NCBI RefSeq assembly: GCF_006345805.1
Contig: NC_043003.1
Location: 53,444,001-53,508,000 of the forward strand
Reading direction: 5' to 3'
Source: Octopus sinensis
Taxonomy: Eukaryota
DNA: 64,000 bases
Below, one piece after another: positions 25,135 through 39,400 of this stretch. The first letter of the stretch is position 1; each line of letters opens with the position of its first letter. A model generated the notes under the pieces. That model was not told where the DNA came from. It searched no databases and saw nothing but the letters and a program-made list of their open reading frames with translations. Both the position numbers and the translations under genes were made by a program.

Positions 25135-28100
25135 ATGTAAGTATGACATGTGTTCTGCTTTCTTCAGTTATATATATGTATTTATATAGCGCATCTTTAT
25201 TAACCATGATCATTTTACTGTTATTTCCAGGTCGAAAGTCACGTTCAAAATTATCCTGACTTCGGATCCAAAACAGCCATACAAAGTGTAAGTATACTAT
25301 ATTATTTATAGTTACTTGCCACACCTGTGGAACAATATTTCCATTGATAATTCTTCGTATCAGAAGATACCGCATCGCCCCAAAGAAAAATCAAAACTTC
25401 TCAAACATCTGGTAAAGTATACGTTGTTATTATCATTATTATTATTTATATATTATACATTTTAAAGTATGTGTTTCTCAGCTCCCGTCCCGAGATTTCT
25501 AGAATTATACCCCTGTCATATACTAACATATGGAATTTATACCGTCTCTATATATAGTTGTGTATTCGTATTTTAAAGTATGTATTTATTGTTCTGAAAT
25601 ATGTATTATTGATACAATAATATTGAATAGTTTCATCAACAACTTTTGATGGGAGTATTTTTTTTTTAATGTTTACATAAGGAACGTCACTGTTCCGAAA
25701 TGAAAATCGTCCGTATTTCAAGTTTTCTTTAGCTGTATATTAAGCATATACAAGGTGATTCAAAAGTACCTTTAGCATTTTTCTTTTTGCTTTTATTTTA
25801 ATTACATATATAACATGTACGTACATGATATATATATAATACAAATCCAGAACAGAAGAAAACACAAACATCATCATCATCGTTTAACGTCCGCTTTCCA
25901 TGCTAGCATGGGTTGGACGGTTCAACTGGGGTCTGGGAAACCCGAAGGCTGCACCAGGCCAGTCTGATCTGGCAGTGTTTCTACAGCTGGATGCCCTTCC
26001 TAACGGCAACCACTCCGTGAGTGTAGTGGGTGCTTTTTATGTGCCACCGACACAGGTGCCAGACGAGGCTGGTGAACGGCCACGCTCGGATGGTGCTTTT
26101 TACGTGCCACCGGCACGGAGGCCAGGCGAGGCTGGCAATGGCCACAATCGGATGGTGTTTGTTTCGTGCCACCAGCACGGCGGCCAGTAGGAAAAAAAAA
26201 ACAGTAATCCAACATCGAGTGCTTCAAATGTTTGCACACCACAAAGTTCAATGGAACTTACTGAAGCAAGCCCACACACTTGTGGCATTACCACGGGCGG
26301 CACCTGGGTACAGTGAGCTGCCTATGATGACAAGGAATTAGCTGTTAGTGGCCATCCTCTCCAAATGTCTCAAATGCCACAGGCTGGAAGAAATGGTTCA
26401 CTGACAAGTCCCAATATTTAGGGATCTTGTTCCGTTTGGCTCCAGATGCAGTGACCCTCCCATTTACCACAGCATCCAGGATGTGGAACAGACCAAAGGA
26501 ATCACAGACAAGGCACCTACTTTTTACCCAAGGACAAAGCGTAAGACCATCTGGTTTCTTCCCATCACTTCTGGATAATCCCACTGGCTCCAGAACTAGG
26601 GCATATTAACCTGAGCTAGGGCCCACTTAATGATTAAGTTAAGCTCGGTGTGATGAGGGGGAAAAAAACCAGGATTTAGGTGGCAAGACATTTTTAAAAC
26701 AACCTTTGTAATTTGATGTAAATAACGTTTCATTATATCTGTGTGTGCGTGTATGTGTTAGAGAAATGTCATCAGCAAAAGTTGAAAGAATATCTATAGT
26801 TCTAATACAACAGCAACCCTGTTCAATTTTCCAAACATACCTAGTTGGACCATCCCGGGAGGTTTGAATGGCAGGGCAGTGAACCAACTATTCTGAAATC
26901 TCTGAGCCATGGCCATCAAGATTTTATTCTCACCAGTAAGTGAGACAGGCAGATGAATATAAATTCCAAATATTTTCCAAATGAAGAATGTTCTACCTAA
27001 CATAGATTAGATGGTTAGTGACTTTAAATAAGGGCTACACCAACATAGATGAAAGTTAATTTGGAAAAGCATACCAGGAAGTTGAAAGAACTCACAGTTG
27101 GTCTTAGATACAGATATTAACTAACACTTATGACAGGAGGGAGGAGGAGAAAATACTTATAACATAGAGCAAAACTAGCCATTTTACAGACATTCTACTG
27201 GAGGCCACAGACCAGACATGTGGAAAGTGCAAGAACCCAGCCAAACGCAAAGTTTTATAGTGGGGGATCAATTCTGAAGTCAGTGCCATAACAGCAAATA
27301 AACAGGCTTGGAAAGACTGGAAGGAAGAAAGTGGTGGAGAAAAACGCTAAATAGTTAAAGAGAAAGCTGAATGCCAAGTACACACCACAAAGAGAGAGTT
27401 ATAAAGGAATAAGTTTGCACATGTTTTGCATCAAGAGTATGAGAGGTGTGAGGTGTTGTAATTTGATGTGAATAACTTTTCATTATTTCTGTGTGTGTGT
27501 ATGTGTTAGAGAAATGTCATCAGCAAAAGTTTAGGTTAAGGTTATGAAAGTTATAGAAAGGATTATTGTAAAATTGATAAGGTACATGGTTAGTCTGAAT
27601 ATGATACAGTTTGACTTTATCCCCATCACAAAAGTGGATCCATTTCCCACAGTAATAATGTATTCTGCCTAGCATACAGTAATTTTTCCCGACCTTGCCT
27701 TGAGTCAGCAATCTCTTATTTTCTCAATAGCATGAAAAAAACATCTAGTAAAATAATAATAATGAAATTATTGTATACAGTGCTCAGGTGCACCACAACT
27801 TGTCAGAAAGTGCATATAAAGTACATGGAGTAATGTAAAAATGTCTGGAAAGCGAACAATGTATGAGTCAGATACATGCTTGTGTGTGTATGGAGGGGAG
27901 AAAATCAGTGTAGTGTTGGCGAATCTCAGAAAGTACACTCCTTAAAGTGGTTGGTGAATTGAGCAAAAAGAAAATCTCTAGATTTGAAAGAACTCTGTCT
28001 TGCAGAAAGCAAGTAAACCTTTATAGTACTGATGCCACAGAAAAGTGCATCCAGTATGCTCTGTGAAGTGGTTGGTGTCAGGAAACCAAGCCGAAATTGA

Positions 28101-30687
28101 GGCACTGAAGACATGTCTTCCAGCCGATTAGATTCTGTCAAATTAGCTCATGCTAACATGCAAAGGGACGTAAAACGATTATGATGATTATCTAATACAT
28201 ACAGAGTTTTAATCTTTTTTTTCTCTTCTTTTTTGAGATTTTTTTGTCTTATAACAAACTATTAATATTTCTATTTATTAAGGAAGTGAGCCAACAGAAT
28301 CATTAGCATGCAATGCAAAATACTTAGAGGCATTTCATCTATTTTTACATTTTGAGTTCAAATGCTGCCAAGGTGAACTTTGCCTGTTGTCCTTTTGAGG
28401 TCAATAAAATAAGTACCAGTTGAACACTGGTACAATGTAATCAATTCACCCATCCCCTCAAAATTATTGGCCTTGTGCCAAAAAATTTGAGATCAATATT
28501 TCTATTTATTTTATATGCATTAAATCTTACCTCTGAATCTGAAATCATTCTTGACAGCTAAATTTCTTCTTGATAAGGAAAAAGTTATCTTTTTTTGAAT
28601 GAAAAGTTCTTTGAAATTCTCATCAACTCATCTTCACTATAGCCAGCACTGCTTCAGAGTATTGTTTCAACTAAAATTATTGAACTCACCAAATAGTATA
28701 TTTTTTTTCATTCCATCTTTTCAGATTAAGTGTTCCAGAAAAAGCACCTTTTACTGCTGTTTTGAAGTTTGCTGCAGAGGAAGTAAGTACATTGTCTTTT
28801 GGAGTGTTTTTTTAACGTTCTTCCTTTAATTTCAAATATAATTTTAGAAATTTGTTGTTGTCTTAGAGCAACTCTGATGCAGCAGACTTATGACTGAAAA
28901 CAATTCAGTCATGATCACCCTGTCATTTTGGTGTATGCTTAGTACTTTATTACCTGTTGTAGTCTTTCCTTTTAAGATGAAATTGTTCCAGCTGAAGGAA
29001 ATTTTGGCTACAATTTCTAGCAAGTCAAACAACAACGTTAGGTTCCCTAATTGGTTTGTCACAAATATGTTATTTACTGCTGCATGCTCGTAAAAAAAAA
29101 AAAGAAGAAAATGATGACTTCACCAGTGCCAGTGCTATATAAAAAAAGCACGGTACACTCTAAATTTACTAGGAAGGGCATACAACCATAGAAACCATGC
29201 TAAAGTAGACATTGAAACTTGACAATTCTCCAGCTCATTGAATCCTGTTAAACTGATCAGTTCATGCCATCACAGAAGACAGATGCTAATGATGCTGATA
29301 ACTTACATTTAAAAACCAATGGTTAGCAAAAGTTTCTTAATTGGGCATATGCCTAAGAAGTTTGCTTTGTAGTATTTGGTTTTGTGTTGAATCACACTTT
29401 GTGCAAATCTTTTACCATAACTTCAGGTCAACCCAAACTTCATGGGTAAAATTGAATGAATAAGAACTGTGAAAGTCTGTCATAAAGACTTTAATAAGTC
29501 TTTTCTCCATTCTTGGAGACCTTACAAAGATCTTTAACATACTATGGCTAAGCTATAAAAAATGCTGTAGTTCTAACTTTTTTTCTACTTATGTGAATCA
29601 GAATCATTGGCAAAAAAAAACAATGCTTGCTTCTCACTTTGCTGTTTTGTTTTCACCATATATTTCTATAAATGTTTATTTTCTTAAAAATACAAAAAAA
29701 ATGTATTCAAAGTTTAGATTATATTTTTCATATCTTAAATTTTAGTTCAAAGTTCCTGCTGACACAAGTGCCTTGATAACAATGGATGGAATTGGCATAA
29801 ACCCAGCTCAGACTGCATGTGAGTAGTTGCTATAGCTTCTTAAACAAGAACAATATTAAAAGATCTGTTGAAAGATAGTGAATATAACATAAGAAGTTAT
29901 GTTAACAGGAGACCCTAAAATCTGCTTAGGCCAGTATGTATGTTTCTTAAACCGTGAGCTGTTTATAGAAACAATCATTTCTAGCTATATTATGGAAACT
30001 TTTTCTGTTTAGCTTATCTGAAATGTGATGTACAAAAACATCTATTCATAGTTATCTCTGGTTCATTTCTTAACCTTCATATATTCATCTGTTCTATTTC
30101 TTTCATTACAAGTACTAAAATAGATTTCTCACAAGTTTTGAGAGAAGTAAATAAATTAACTTTAAATTTTGGTGTAAATTATTTCAATCTCTTAAATAAT
30201 CATTAAGCAAACAGTTTACACTGTTGTGTCTGGGGAGAGTCATTTTCTTTTTGTGCCTTATAATTTAACACTCAGCAGTAAAATTTCCACTTATTTCTTA
30301 TTTTTATTTTCCTAAAATTTTCGTTGCATCTTGCAACCTTTTCTATAGTCTTGACTCTCATTTTTGAAAATGAAGAATTTAGTAAAATAACATTATCATT
30401 ATTATACTGGTATCTTGAACATAAACTAACAAGTAATTTTAATGAAAGGTTTTAATTTAGATTACTTGAGGATAGTGCTTGAGTTTAAAGTGAATGAACC
30501 ACACTTGCGATGCATAAGTAAATTCAAGATAATCCATTAAGGGATTAACTAACATAACAAGAAAACTGTATTCCTTTCTTCTTCTTTTTCAGCTAATGTA
30601 TTCATTAAACATGGCACAGAACTTCGATTAATTCCACGTGACCGAGTAGGACTTCTACAAAGACACTGCACATCAGAATTATCTTAA
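25135..30687 (+). CDS. UFM1: Ubiquitin-fold modifier 1 precursor, 94 aa, join(25135..25136,25231..25287,28725..28782,29746..29818,30593..30687)
   Basis: Spliced product [94 protein letters not shown]; all introns GT-AG with consistent phases; ATG split AT|G. Confidence 0.96.
25231..25287 (+). CDS. UFM1: UFM1 exon 2
   Basis: tttccag|G TCG AAA GTC..AAA GT|gtaagt. Confidence 0.95.
25870..26190 (-). mobile_element. SINE with (GAT)n tail and internal tandem subrepeats of about 58 bp
   Basis: Three gtg.ttttt.(c/t)gtgccacc units; same family at about 33870, 44340, 48780 and 52440. Confidence 0.75.
26210..26670 (-). mobile_element. CRE-like non-LTR retrotransposon fragment (restriction-like endonuclease domain)
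   Basis: RHHTELNLIIKWAL..GLSRSDGKKPDGLTLCPW..CLVCD..KYWDLSVNHFFQPVAFETFG motifs. Confidence 0.75.
26830..27640 (+). mobile_element. Degenerate RTE-like LINE fragments
   Basis: Decayed ATDQTCGKCKNPAKRK..W and AWKDWK segments; 75-bp direct repeat 26707-26783 / 27457-27532. Confidence 0.45.
28725..28782 (+). CDS. UFM1: UFM1 exon 3
   Basis: ttttcag|A TTA AGT GTT CCA..GAG GAA|gtaagt. Confidence 0.95.
29746..29818 (+). CDS. UFM1: UFM1 exon 4
   Basis: ttttag|TTC AAA GTT..GCA T|gtgagt. Confidence 0.95.
30593..30687 (+). CDS. UFM1: UFM1 exon 5 (terminal coding exon)
   Basis: tttttcag|CT AAT GTA..CGA GTA GGA..TAA. Confidence 0.95.
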
Positions 30688-32199
30688 TTTATACTAACGC
30701 CTCATCTCTACATTTAGTGTAGCCTAAATCATAACTGAAAACGTTTAACATTGTGTTCAAATTTTATTGAACATGTAACTGTCTTGTTAAAATATTAAAA
30801 TATACCCTCAAAGAATTGTTGAATAATCTGTTTGACTTATGTTTTAAATTTCTCTGAATAATGATTATTAGAAGGCATTATTTTTTTCCAGATTTGCTCT
30901 TAACTTTCTTAAATTATTCTTCAACATTTACAGTCATCTCCCTTGCTCTCATGCCTAATGTCGTCAATCAATATTTCTGCCAGCTTGCCAAAATATATGC
31001 TCTGCTCTCATAAGAAATGAACTACTGTTGTTATTGCTTTTATTCTGATAAAAATGTTCTCTCTTAATTTTGTTATTTTCTGTACTTTATTTCCTCAAAT
31101 TTTTAGAATTAATTATCCCTCGTTATATTTTTAGTGACTTTACTAAAATGATTTTTTTTTCTTATATTTTGAGTTTCTTAGAAATTTAAAGCACTTGACA
31201 TCATTATTTTTATTTTCAATTAAAGATAATCTATTTGATAATTTTACACAGCTTCTATGGTAAACTTCCCCACCGAAACTTACTGTCTGACAGATTTGAA
31301 AATATAACTATTTATTCCACACTAAATGATTTTGGTCAGGAAGACAACTGATTCCTCATTTGCAGTGACTTCAAATTGCTGGGATAAAAAAAGACTGTTT
31401 TTACTCCAAAAGCCTATCAACAGTTAAAGGTCTGGAAAATTAACTGTAATGTAGCTTCAACAAATGTTTTAACTATCTTCATTGTTATAACATTTGTTTA
31501 ATTTGTCTTAGCCATGCTAATGCACTGCCTCTAAAGTGGAAATAAATTAATATAAAAAGATCAAATGTATGACCATTCATTGTAGAATATCCTTCAATAG
31601 AGTCAGCTCTATTGTTATGAGAAAAAGTTAAAGCCAGAATTGTGGTATTTTTCTTTTCCCATTAGCAATAAATGTAAAAGATGAATTGATAATTGAGTGC
31701 AGACTTTAAAATGGAAACTTTTCAATTCTCTACTGTTACTAGCAAATAGAAACTAGTATGTCTTTTAAATATATCTTCCAGTAATAAAGTGTTCTAAAAA
31801 ACTTAATTCCTTGAATGTCAATTCCTAATAGGCATATTCTGAAAATAGCAAAAATATAAAAGACTGGTTTAAGTTTAGTTCTGGGAAGATAGACACCTAC
31901 TTCCATCACATAGACAACCTAGCATGTTGGGTATGTCATTCTATATCTCTCACTTAACCAAAATTCTTAGTGGAATATTAAAAAGTACACAAGCCAAACA
32001 TTACATCCTACATCTTGAATAAATCACCATAGTAATGATTTCATGACCATCAGGAAACCAATAAATGCCTTGTGCATCACATAACTTATGTGCTCTCTAA
32101 CTTCCTAAATTGCTCTGAAAGTGATTCTTTAGTAGATAAAACCATGATTAATACTACCCATTTTGCTTATAATTCTTCACCACCCTCACAAACATGCAC

Positions 32200-32950
32200 A
32201 CACGCAGTATATGTACACAGCTGCCAAAGTATGAAACCACTCTAACTCTAAACCATTGCATTCCTGAATGTTGCCTTGCTCATCAAACTATTCAGGATCT
32301 ATTCAAACATGAGGCTTTGCCCTATTCCCATGAACAGCAACTTTTCCAAACCTGCCAACTTTTGACACGACATCTCAAAAGTTATGGAAACAGTCAACCA
32401 CCTAGATTATTACCTTGTTTCTCTTCTTAGTTTTCATAGAGCCAGATCTTCCATAGATCTGTCCTTTGACACTCTCAACTTTGAAAACTTCAGCAAAAGC
32501 ACCATTTTTGTTGTTTATCTTCTTCAAACCTTGGTCAAGTAGATGATTCTTCCCCCTTATTTAGAAGTTTGTACTGGGGGTGATTTAATCAACTAAACCC
32601 TTCATTATAGCCAGTCTAATGACTGAAGCAAGTGAAAGATAAAAATAGAATCCATTATTGATTTCCATATGGAGATCAACATTGCTGCTACATGAAAACA
32701 TATTGAACTGTATCCACTAAAGACCATCTGATTGATTGGCAAAGATCCACTTAACAAAATGCTACAACTTCTAACACACAGATGGATTTTTTTCCACTGT
32801 CTCTTCAAGTGCTTCTACAATAACTTAGGGGCTTTTGAACTGGCAAGCTACATATCTTGACAGACATGCATCCAGTTCTTCTCCATTCTTCATCTGTAAT
32901 CTAATTCATCATCAGCTACTCTAACCCACACTTACCAGTTTGTCCAATCC
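32200..32950 (+). mobile_element. Old, decayed LINE (CR1/L2-like) fragment
   Basis: C/T-skewed tract with decayed endonuclease-like LGDFN..W motif. Confidence 0.3.
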
Positions 32951-35900
32951 TGCCGAAAGTTTATTATATGGCTGGTAACCCAGATTAAAATAGACTAAAA
33001 CCATGTATGATTATGTATTGACATTTCATACTTTCAATTCTTGTTATTTTTGCTTGGAATGTGTATGGATATTTTTTATACATACTAAAAACAGTCTCTT
33101 TTTTTTCTGCCCTTTTACATATTAATACCTCTTCTAACCATTATACGATGTCATGTAAGACTAGCAAGCTTGCTTGCTATGATGTTGAAACAGAATTGAA
33201 TTGCTTCTTGCAAGATATCACATGACTAATGGTAACTAATCAACAAGCTTTATTAATTCTCTCAATTAAATTTGTGTGTTTTCAAAATAACTAAGAAATG
33301 AAGTAAAACAAACTTTCATATTTTGAAAACATACAAACTTAAATCATTCATGCAACTAAACCTTGCTCCAAAATTTGAAACTTATTATCTTAATACAATA
33401 CATTGTGATATTATTATCAGGTCTTTAAGGGTGACACAGATGGTAATGTACTCAGCAGTAATTAATTTCATTGATTAATAACAGAGTTCAGATCCTGCCA
33501 GCATTGCATTTTATCTTACCATTGTTCTCCAGGAAATAGTCATGTTCAGTTAAATAAACTACAGTTGCTCCAACAAATAATCTTTGAATGTACGTACAAA
33601 TTATATTGTGCAATAGAAATTTATACAGGGTCAAGAGACCAAGTAATTGGAACACACCAAAACCAAAATATGGCAGTAAGCAGAGACAACAACAACTTGG
33701 CAGATGGAGTATCAAAATAAATGCTTTCTAAACTTTTAGTTTTTCTCTCATCGTGTTGTGTTCAAACTCGGTCACTTCTACCTAAAAATAAATACCTGAA
33801 ATAAATTAACATCATTTCAGTTAAAACATTATCCAAGAGCCATTAAAAAAAAAAATTATTTATTGAGCCGGTGGCGCATAAAAAGCACCGTTCAAACAAT
33901 GGGCCTCCCAGAGGTAGAGATAACTGGCTGAGACCTTTGGCAATATACTGTGTTTGAGAAGACTTATCAAGCCAGGTGATATCAGTGTTACACAACTGGC
34001 ATGTAAAAAGTACCCTCTACACTCTTGGAGTGGTTGGCATTAGGAAGGACATCAAGCTGTAGAAACCATGCCAAATCAGATTGGAACCTGGTGCAGCTCC
34101 CCAGTTTCCAGTCAAACCATCCAACCCATGCCAGCATGGAAAACAGCCGTTAAATGATGATGAATGGAAATGTTTTGTTTTTCCCAAAAATACTTTTTCT
34201 TTCTTTCTCAAGCCCTAGGACTTATAAAGTCAGTTACCCAATTTCCATGGCATATAACTGACTGAGATCACAGCAGTTTCCCAAACAGGACACCAGTCCA
34301 TTGCAGGGATTCAAGGCTACCATTTCTTTTTTTTTTCTAAATGGAGGGTACAAATCAATTACAGTGACCATAGTACATGACTGGTACTGTATTTCATGAT
34401 CCCAGTGGAATGAAGGACAACGTTTACCTTGGCAGGATGTTAATTTAGAACAAAGAGGCAGAAGAAATGCTACAAAGCACTTTATTTGACATGGTAATGA
34501 TTCTAACAGCTTACTACCTTAAAAAAAATACTGCCATTAAATATCAAACAGCAGTAGAGAAAAAAGCAATAAAATCTTTTGTCTGGAGGTAAACTTTTTA
34601 TTCAGTTGAAGATAATGAAAGTATAAGAAATGAAAATGTTTATAATTATTTTGTTTTTTAATTGTTGCTGTAAAAAAAAATTTGTAGGCACATTTTCAGA
34701 AGGCAGTTGGCAGTTAAAGGCATTTTTAGAAAATTGATCTTTTTCCCTCTCTTCTGTTTTAGTTATTTTTAATTCTAGCCAATAGACTAGTGGAATGATT
34801 TGTCATCATTACAATTTGCCTAGGTCTGTCTCTTCAAACTGCTTATTCTACTGCATTTATAAACTCAAAAGTGGAATAGTGAAAGATTTCATGGTTTATG
34901 GAGTTAATTTCAGCTAAGTTTTATTTATATTGAAAAAAAAACACTTTTTTTAAAACCTTAGAATTGAAATATTTCTTCATTGTTTTATTCATGAAGCTAG
35001 AATATTGATAAAACATAAGTTGGCACTGCAAAGGATGTGGTGAACCCACCTGTGAATTCTAACCTCAAAATTGGAAAGGTTAGATAAAAAAAAACCTCTT
35101 AAATTGCTAAAAGACACTTAAATTTAAAAATACATGCACTTAGCAATCGCATTATCAAAAAGTTTGAATTTAGTTTTCAAAGTCTTATAAAATGCTAATA
35201 AAATTTAAGTAGAAAAAGTAATAAGAATAAATGTTTAAAGTAGATACTGGCCATGTCATAAGGACTGGTTTAATGAACTCTATATGTAATATAAATAATG
35301 TGAAAAATTTTCAATTTCATGCCCATGTTCCTGTGTATTTAGCAATTAAATAATTCTGATGATTAAACTGTTGTAAAAGGGCAATGTATAGACTTGTGAC
35401 GGGTTACATTTTTAGTGAAGCGGAATTAAAAGTATATAGTTGAAATTTAAGTAATTACAGAACCATATATCATAGAAAACTGAAGAGAACCAGATTAAGC
35501 TCCTTACTGAGAGGAATAAGAGTGTATAAAATTTTTAAAATGCAATTTGACAGGAAAGAATGGTAACTGAGATTATGTATCAGCTAGAGATGCTAGGCAG
35601 TTTGGAGATGCTGTGTAATTATTTAATGAGCAGTTGAATTGTAAGAGTAGATGAGATAATTAAAATGATTTTGAGAATGCTGAGCACAGCAAAATGGTTT
35701 GTAAGGGTTATTAAATACATACACGACCAATGCTAAAAACTATAAGAACCATAAGCCAACAATAGAAACACTATGACGTTGCCTGACTTGTTGCAAATTG
35801 CAACCAAATTTCCCTCAAATCACTCTATCATCTTGAAGAAACGACACGGGGAGTCCTAGATACACTGAAAGCATAAGAAGATAGGATGGTCATGGTTGGA

Positions 35901-38699
35901 ATGCTCCTGATCATAGGCAGTCTAAACAGAGTTGACCTGGGACTAAACAACAACCATTATGACTATGAATATATTTTACCTCTAAAAAGAAATTCCTTTG
36001 CATTGTTTCTTTTCAACAGGTCTAACAATTCAGGAATGGATACCCTGGCTTGATTATTTCAGATACAGCATGGATATTTAAGACTTTGAAGTTGGAATAA
36101 GAGTGAAAGAAACTGGAGATAAATAGGGGCTGAGACTGAGCAAATGAAATAGGATATGCTTTTAGAAAAATATTAGTGTTGTGTTATTGCCAAAAATTGG
36201 TTATATAATGTATACAGTGATATTTTTCACAGACTGACAATATACATGAATCTTTCTCAGGCAGTGACTGTGCTTATACAACTATTAATATATGTAATCA
36301 TACAACACAGTGGTGAAACACTCTAAATAATAATGGTTATTTAGGTTATTTGCAGAATTACCAGTTCATATGTTAAATGCATAAGTGTATTTAATAAATG
36401 TGATGTGAGTGGCAATGAGAGAGCTGAAAAAAAACCCCACAAGGCATGAGAGCCTAAAATTAAATTTATGCAGCCTATTTAAATAAAAGAAAAGCAACTT
36501 GATTCTTTCAGTAGAAATATGTACAATAGAAATATAAACTTTCCGTATCATTAAGATGGAGAATAAAGGCATATACCAATGATAAATATGATGACATAAA
36601 ATATATTTCATCGTGTGTGTCTATCTACCTGAATATTAATCAGATGAAAAATCAGAATGATGCATGTATGATAAAACTCACAATCATCATCATCATCTTT
36701 TATTATTAGTAGTAGTAGGATTGATAAAATAAAGTATGTCGGGTACTGATTCTTGGTTGATAGTATTAATTAAAACCACCGCTTAGATTTCAGGCCTTGC
36801 GCCTATGATAGAAACATTATTATCATTATTTATTATCAGCAGCAGCAGGGAGGTGGGTTGGCAGAATTGTTAAAGTCGGACAAAATATCTTGTGGTATTT
36901 ACATCCTGAGTTCAAATCTTCCTATGGTAAGTTTGTTTTATCAACCCTGGAGGAATGAAAGCTAAAGCACCATTATTAGTACTGAAGTCAATTTAATTGA
37001 CTTTTCCCCTCCACCTTGTACCTATGTTAGAAATTAGCTGTGGTGGTGGTGGCGATGGTGCTGTGTCATGAAAAACAGGGATGGTGAATTCACTTGAACT
37101 ACATTTCTAGTGATGACACCTTAGTTTATAGAAAGTTTTCATCAAAGTCAGGTTTTCTCAGGTAAATAAAAAAATTTTTGCCGGAATATGAAAAAAAGAG
37201 ATTCGAGATGAGAAACACCGATTGTTTTGACTGACTAAAAATCTAATTTGAAGAAAAATAATTTGGATAGACTCCCTCCAACACACTAAAAATATATTTT
37301 TAAAATGTTGAAGAAGACGAAACATTAAACAGTTACTGCTCTGCTTAGCAATGGAAATAGGAATGGTTTCCAAGAAACATATGGTTGTATAAGATACTAA
37401 AAAGTATATTATTTTATATTTAGAAAATAATAATAATTTCTGAAATAGAAAAGATTTAGCTTCTTTTTCAAATCTCAGATAATTTGAGACCCTAATCTCT
37501 AGTGGAAGTATGACCTACATTTTGAGATTATAGTAGTCTGTATTTCTTTTCTCAGAGTATATTTGAAGCCAGTGAAATAAGGAGTTAATCATTTTGTTAG
37601 TAAAGATAAGATTTGTAAATTATGCCTGTTCATGCATTGGTAACCAGTGTTAAATATGTACTTCTACTACAGGGAATGTGTAAGTAAAATGGTTTAGAAG
37701 CTTTTGAATTTTCTTGTGTTGCCTGGAAGATACTGAAGAAGAGGGAAATGCAATTGTCAATTTTGGAAACAGTAGAGGAATTAATAAGAATTTCAGCCTG
37801 ATCAACAAAGAACAATTTGCTGATATTATTTTAGTGTTATATTGAGCAGAATATGAGCAAGTAATCAGTTGGTTGATATGTCAGATGGAATGATTTTGCC
37901 AACTATGACTTCTGATTTAGTGGGTGGTGGGTAGTATGAGGTAGCAATTGATGATTCACAATGGCAATGGAATTAAAGATGATAAAAGGTAAATGTTACA
38001 TTTAAAACATTCGTATATTAGCATTTTATACATGTATATTTTTTTGAACATATATACTTTTATTAACTTGGCAAATTTTCTGCAGAAACAAACTAGAAAC
38101 TCATTATCTTCCATAAAAATAGGCTTCAAAATATCAATTTCACAGCTGGCAACTTAGCATACTTGATTGAGCTTTTGTCAAAGTTAATACATCATGAAAG
38201 CACTTTAAAAATATACACAGAACAGACGGTTTATTTCTTCAAAAAATATTCCATCTTTCTTTTTCTCTCTTATCTAAAAATGTACATCATATTTTATGAA
38301 AACAGATACAAAAGATAAAAAGCATGTTTCCAAGTTGATAAGTAAGGGCAGTGGAGTAGCACAAATGATAGAGCACAAAACTAAATTACTTCATTACTTT
38401 ATCTCTTTCCTGTCTCAGTGGTCATTAGTATGGATTCCATAGAGCTAGATACATATGTGTCGACTTGCTCTACTATATGAACCAGTAGTGGTCTTTGCTT
38501 TTCATAAAAATAATGATGTTACCTTTGTCATTAGCTAGCCCTTCTACTATGTTTTCTATGAGAGCCTCTGAGTTAGATCTCCTTCTTATGAATTCTATTC
38601 ATTTCTCACTTCATACATTGGAAGTCATTCTTTATACTTTCTCTTCTAATTGTATTTCTTCCATTTTTTTTCTTCTTCCCTTCATATACTACCAAATCA

Positions 38700-39400
38700 G
38701 AGGTACCTCATAGCATTTGGTTATGTCTCCTTTGGCTCCTCTCATCCTTTGGTACACCAATGACCTACTTGCTGTTACTTAAAATAAAAAGCACTCATAA
38801 CTATGAAAACGATTCCTTATTAACCATTAACACACAGTTGTCATCCACATGCAACTTACACCCATCATATCAGGCTTGCATTGTTTCCATATACAGACTT
38901 CAAAAACGTCTTCCAATGAGAATATTCTTCAACAGCTTGATGATATAATCACTCCACATGTCAAAGCAGCAAGCACTCCTCGTGCATAAGCAACCCTGCT
39001 AAACCCTTGAAACTGCAATACCACTACACTCAACACTTTCTGTTGATTGTTCAGTGACCAAAACATTTACATTTCCAAAACAGCATTGCAAGTGCTCAAC
39101 TTATCTTTAGAGCCAGAAATTATTTTGGCTTTGATCAATTGCAGAATCTCTATAAATCTCAAGGGCCCTGCTGGATCAGTTCTGATGCTACACACAGATA
39201 TACATTCTAGACCACTCTGCAAAAAGGCCCACTACCAAATTAAAACAGTCTCTGAAGTACCAAGTCACATACCACCTCCACCTAATCACTCACTTTTCCT
39301 TTCAACACCCCTATTGTGATTTACCAACCAGGCCCCATGCTAAATACTTAGATCAATCTTTGTTCTGGAAATTCCACTCTACCACGTTTTTTTTCAGTCA
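38700..39400 (+). mobile_element. Old, decayed LINE (CR1/L2-like) fragment
   Basis: Decayed KSQGP.G pre-RT motif, C/A-rich composition. Confidence 0.3.
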
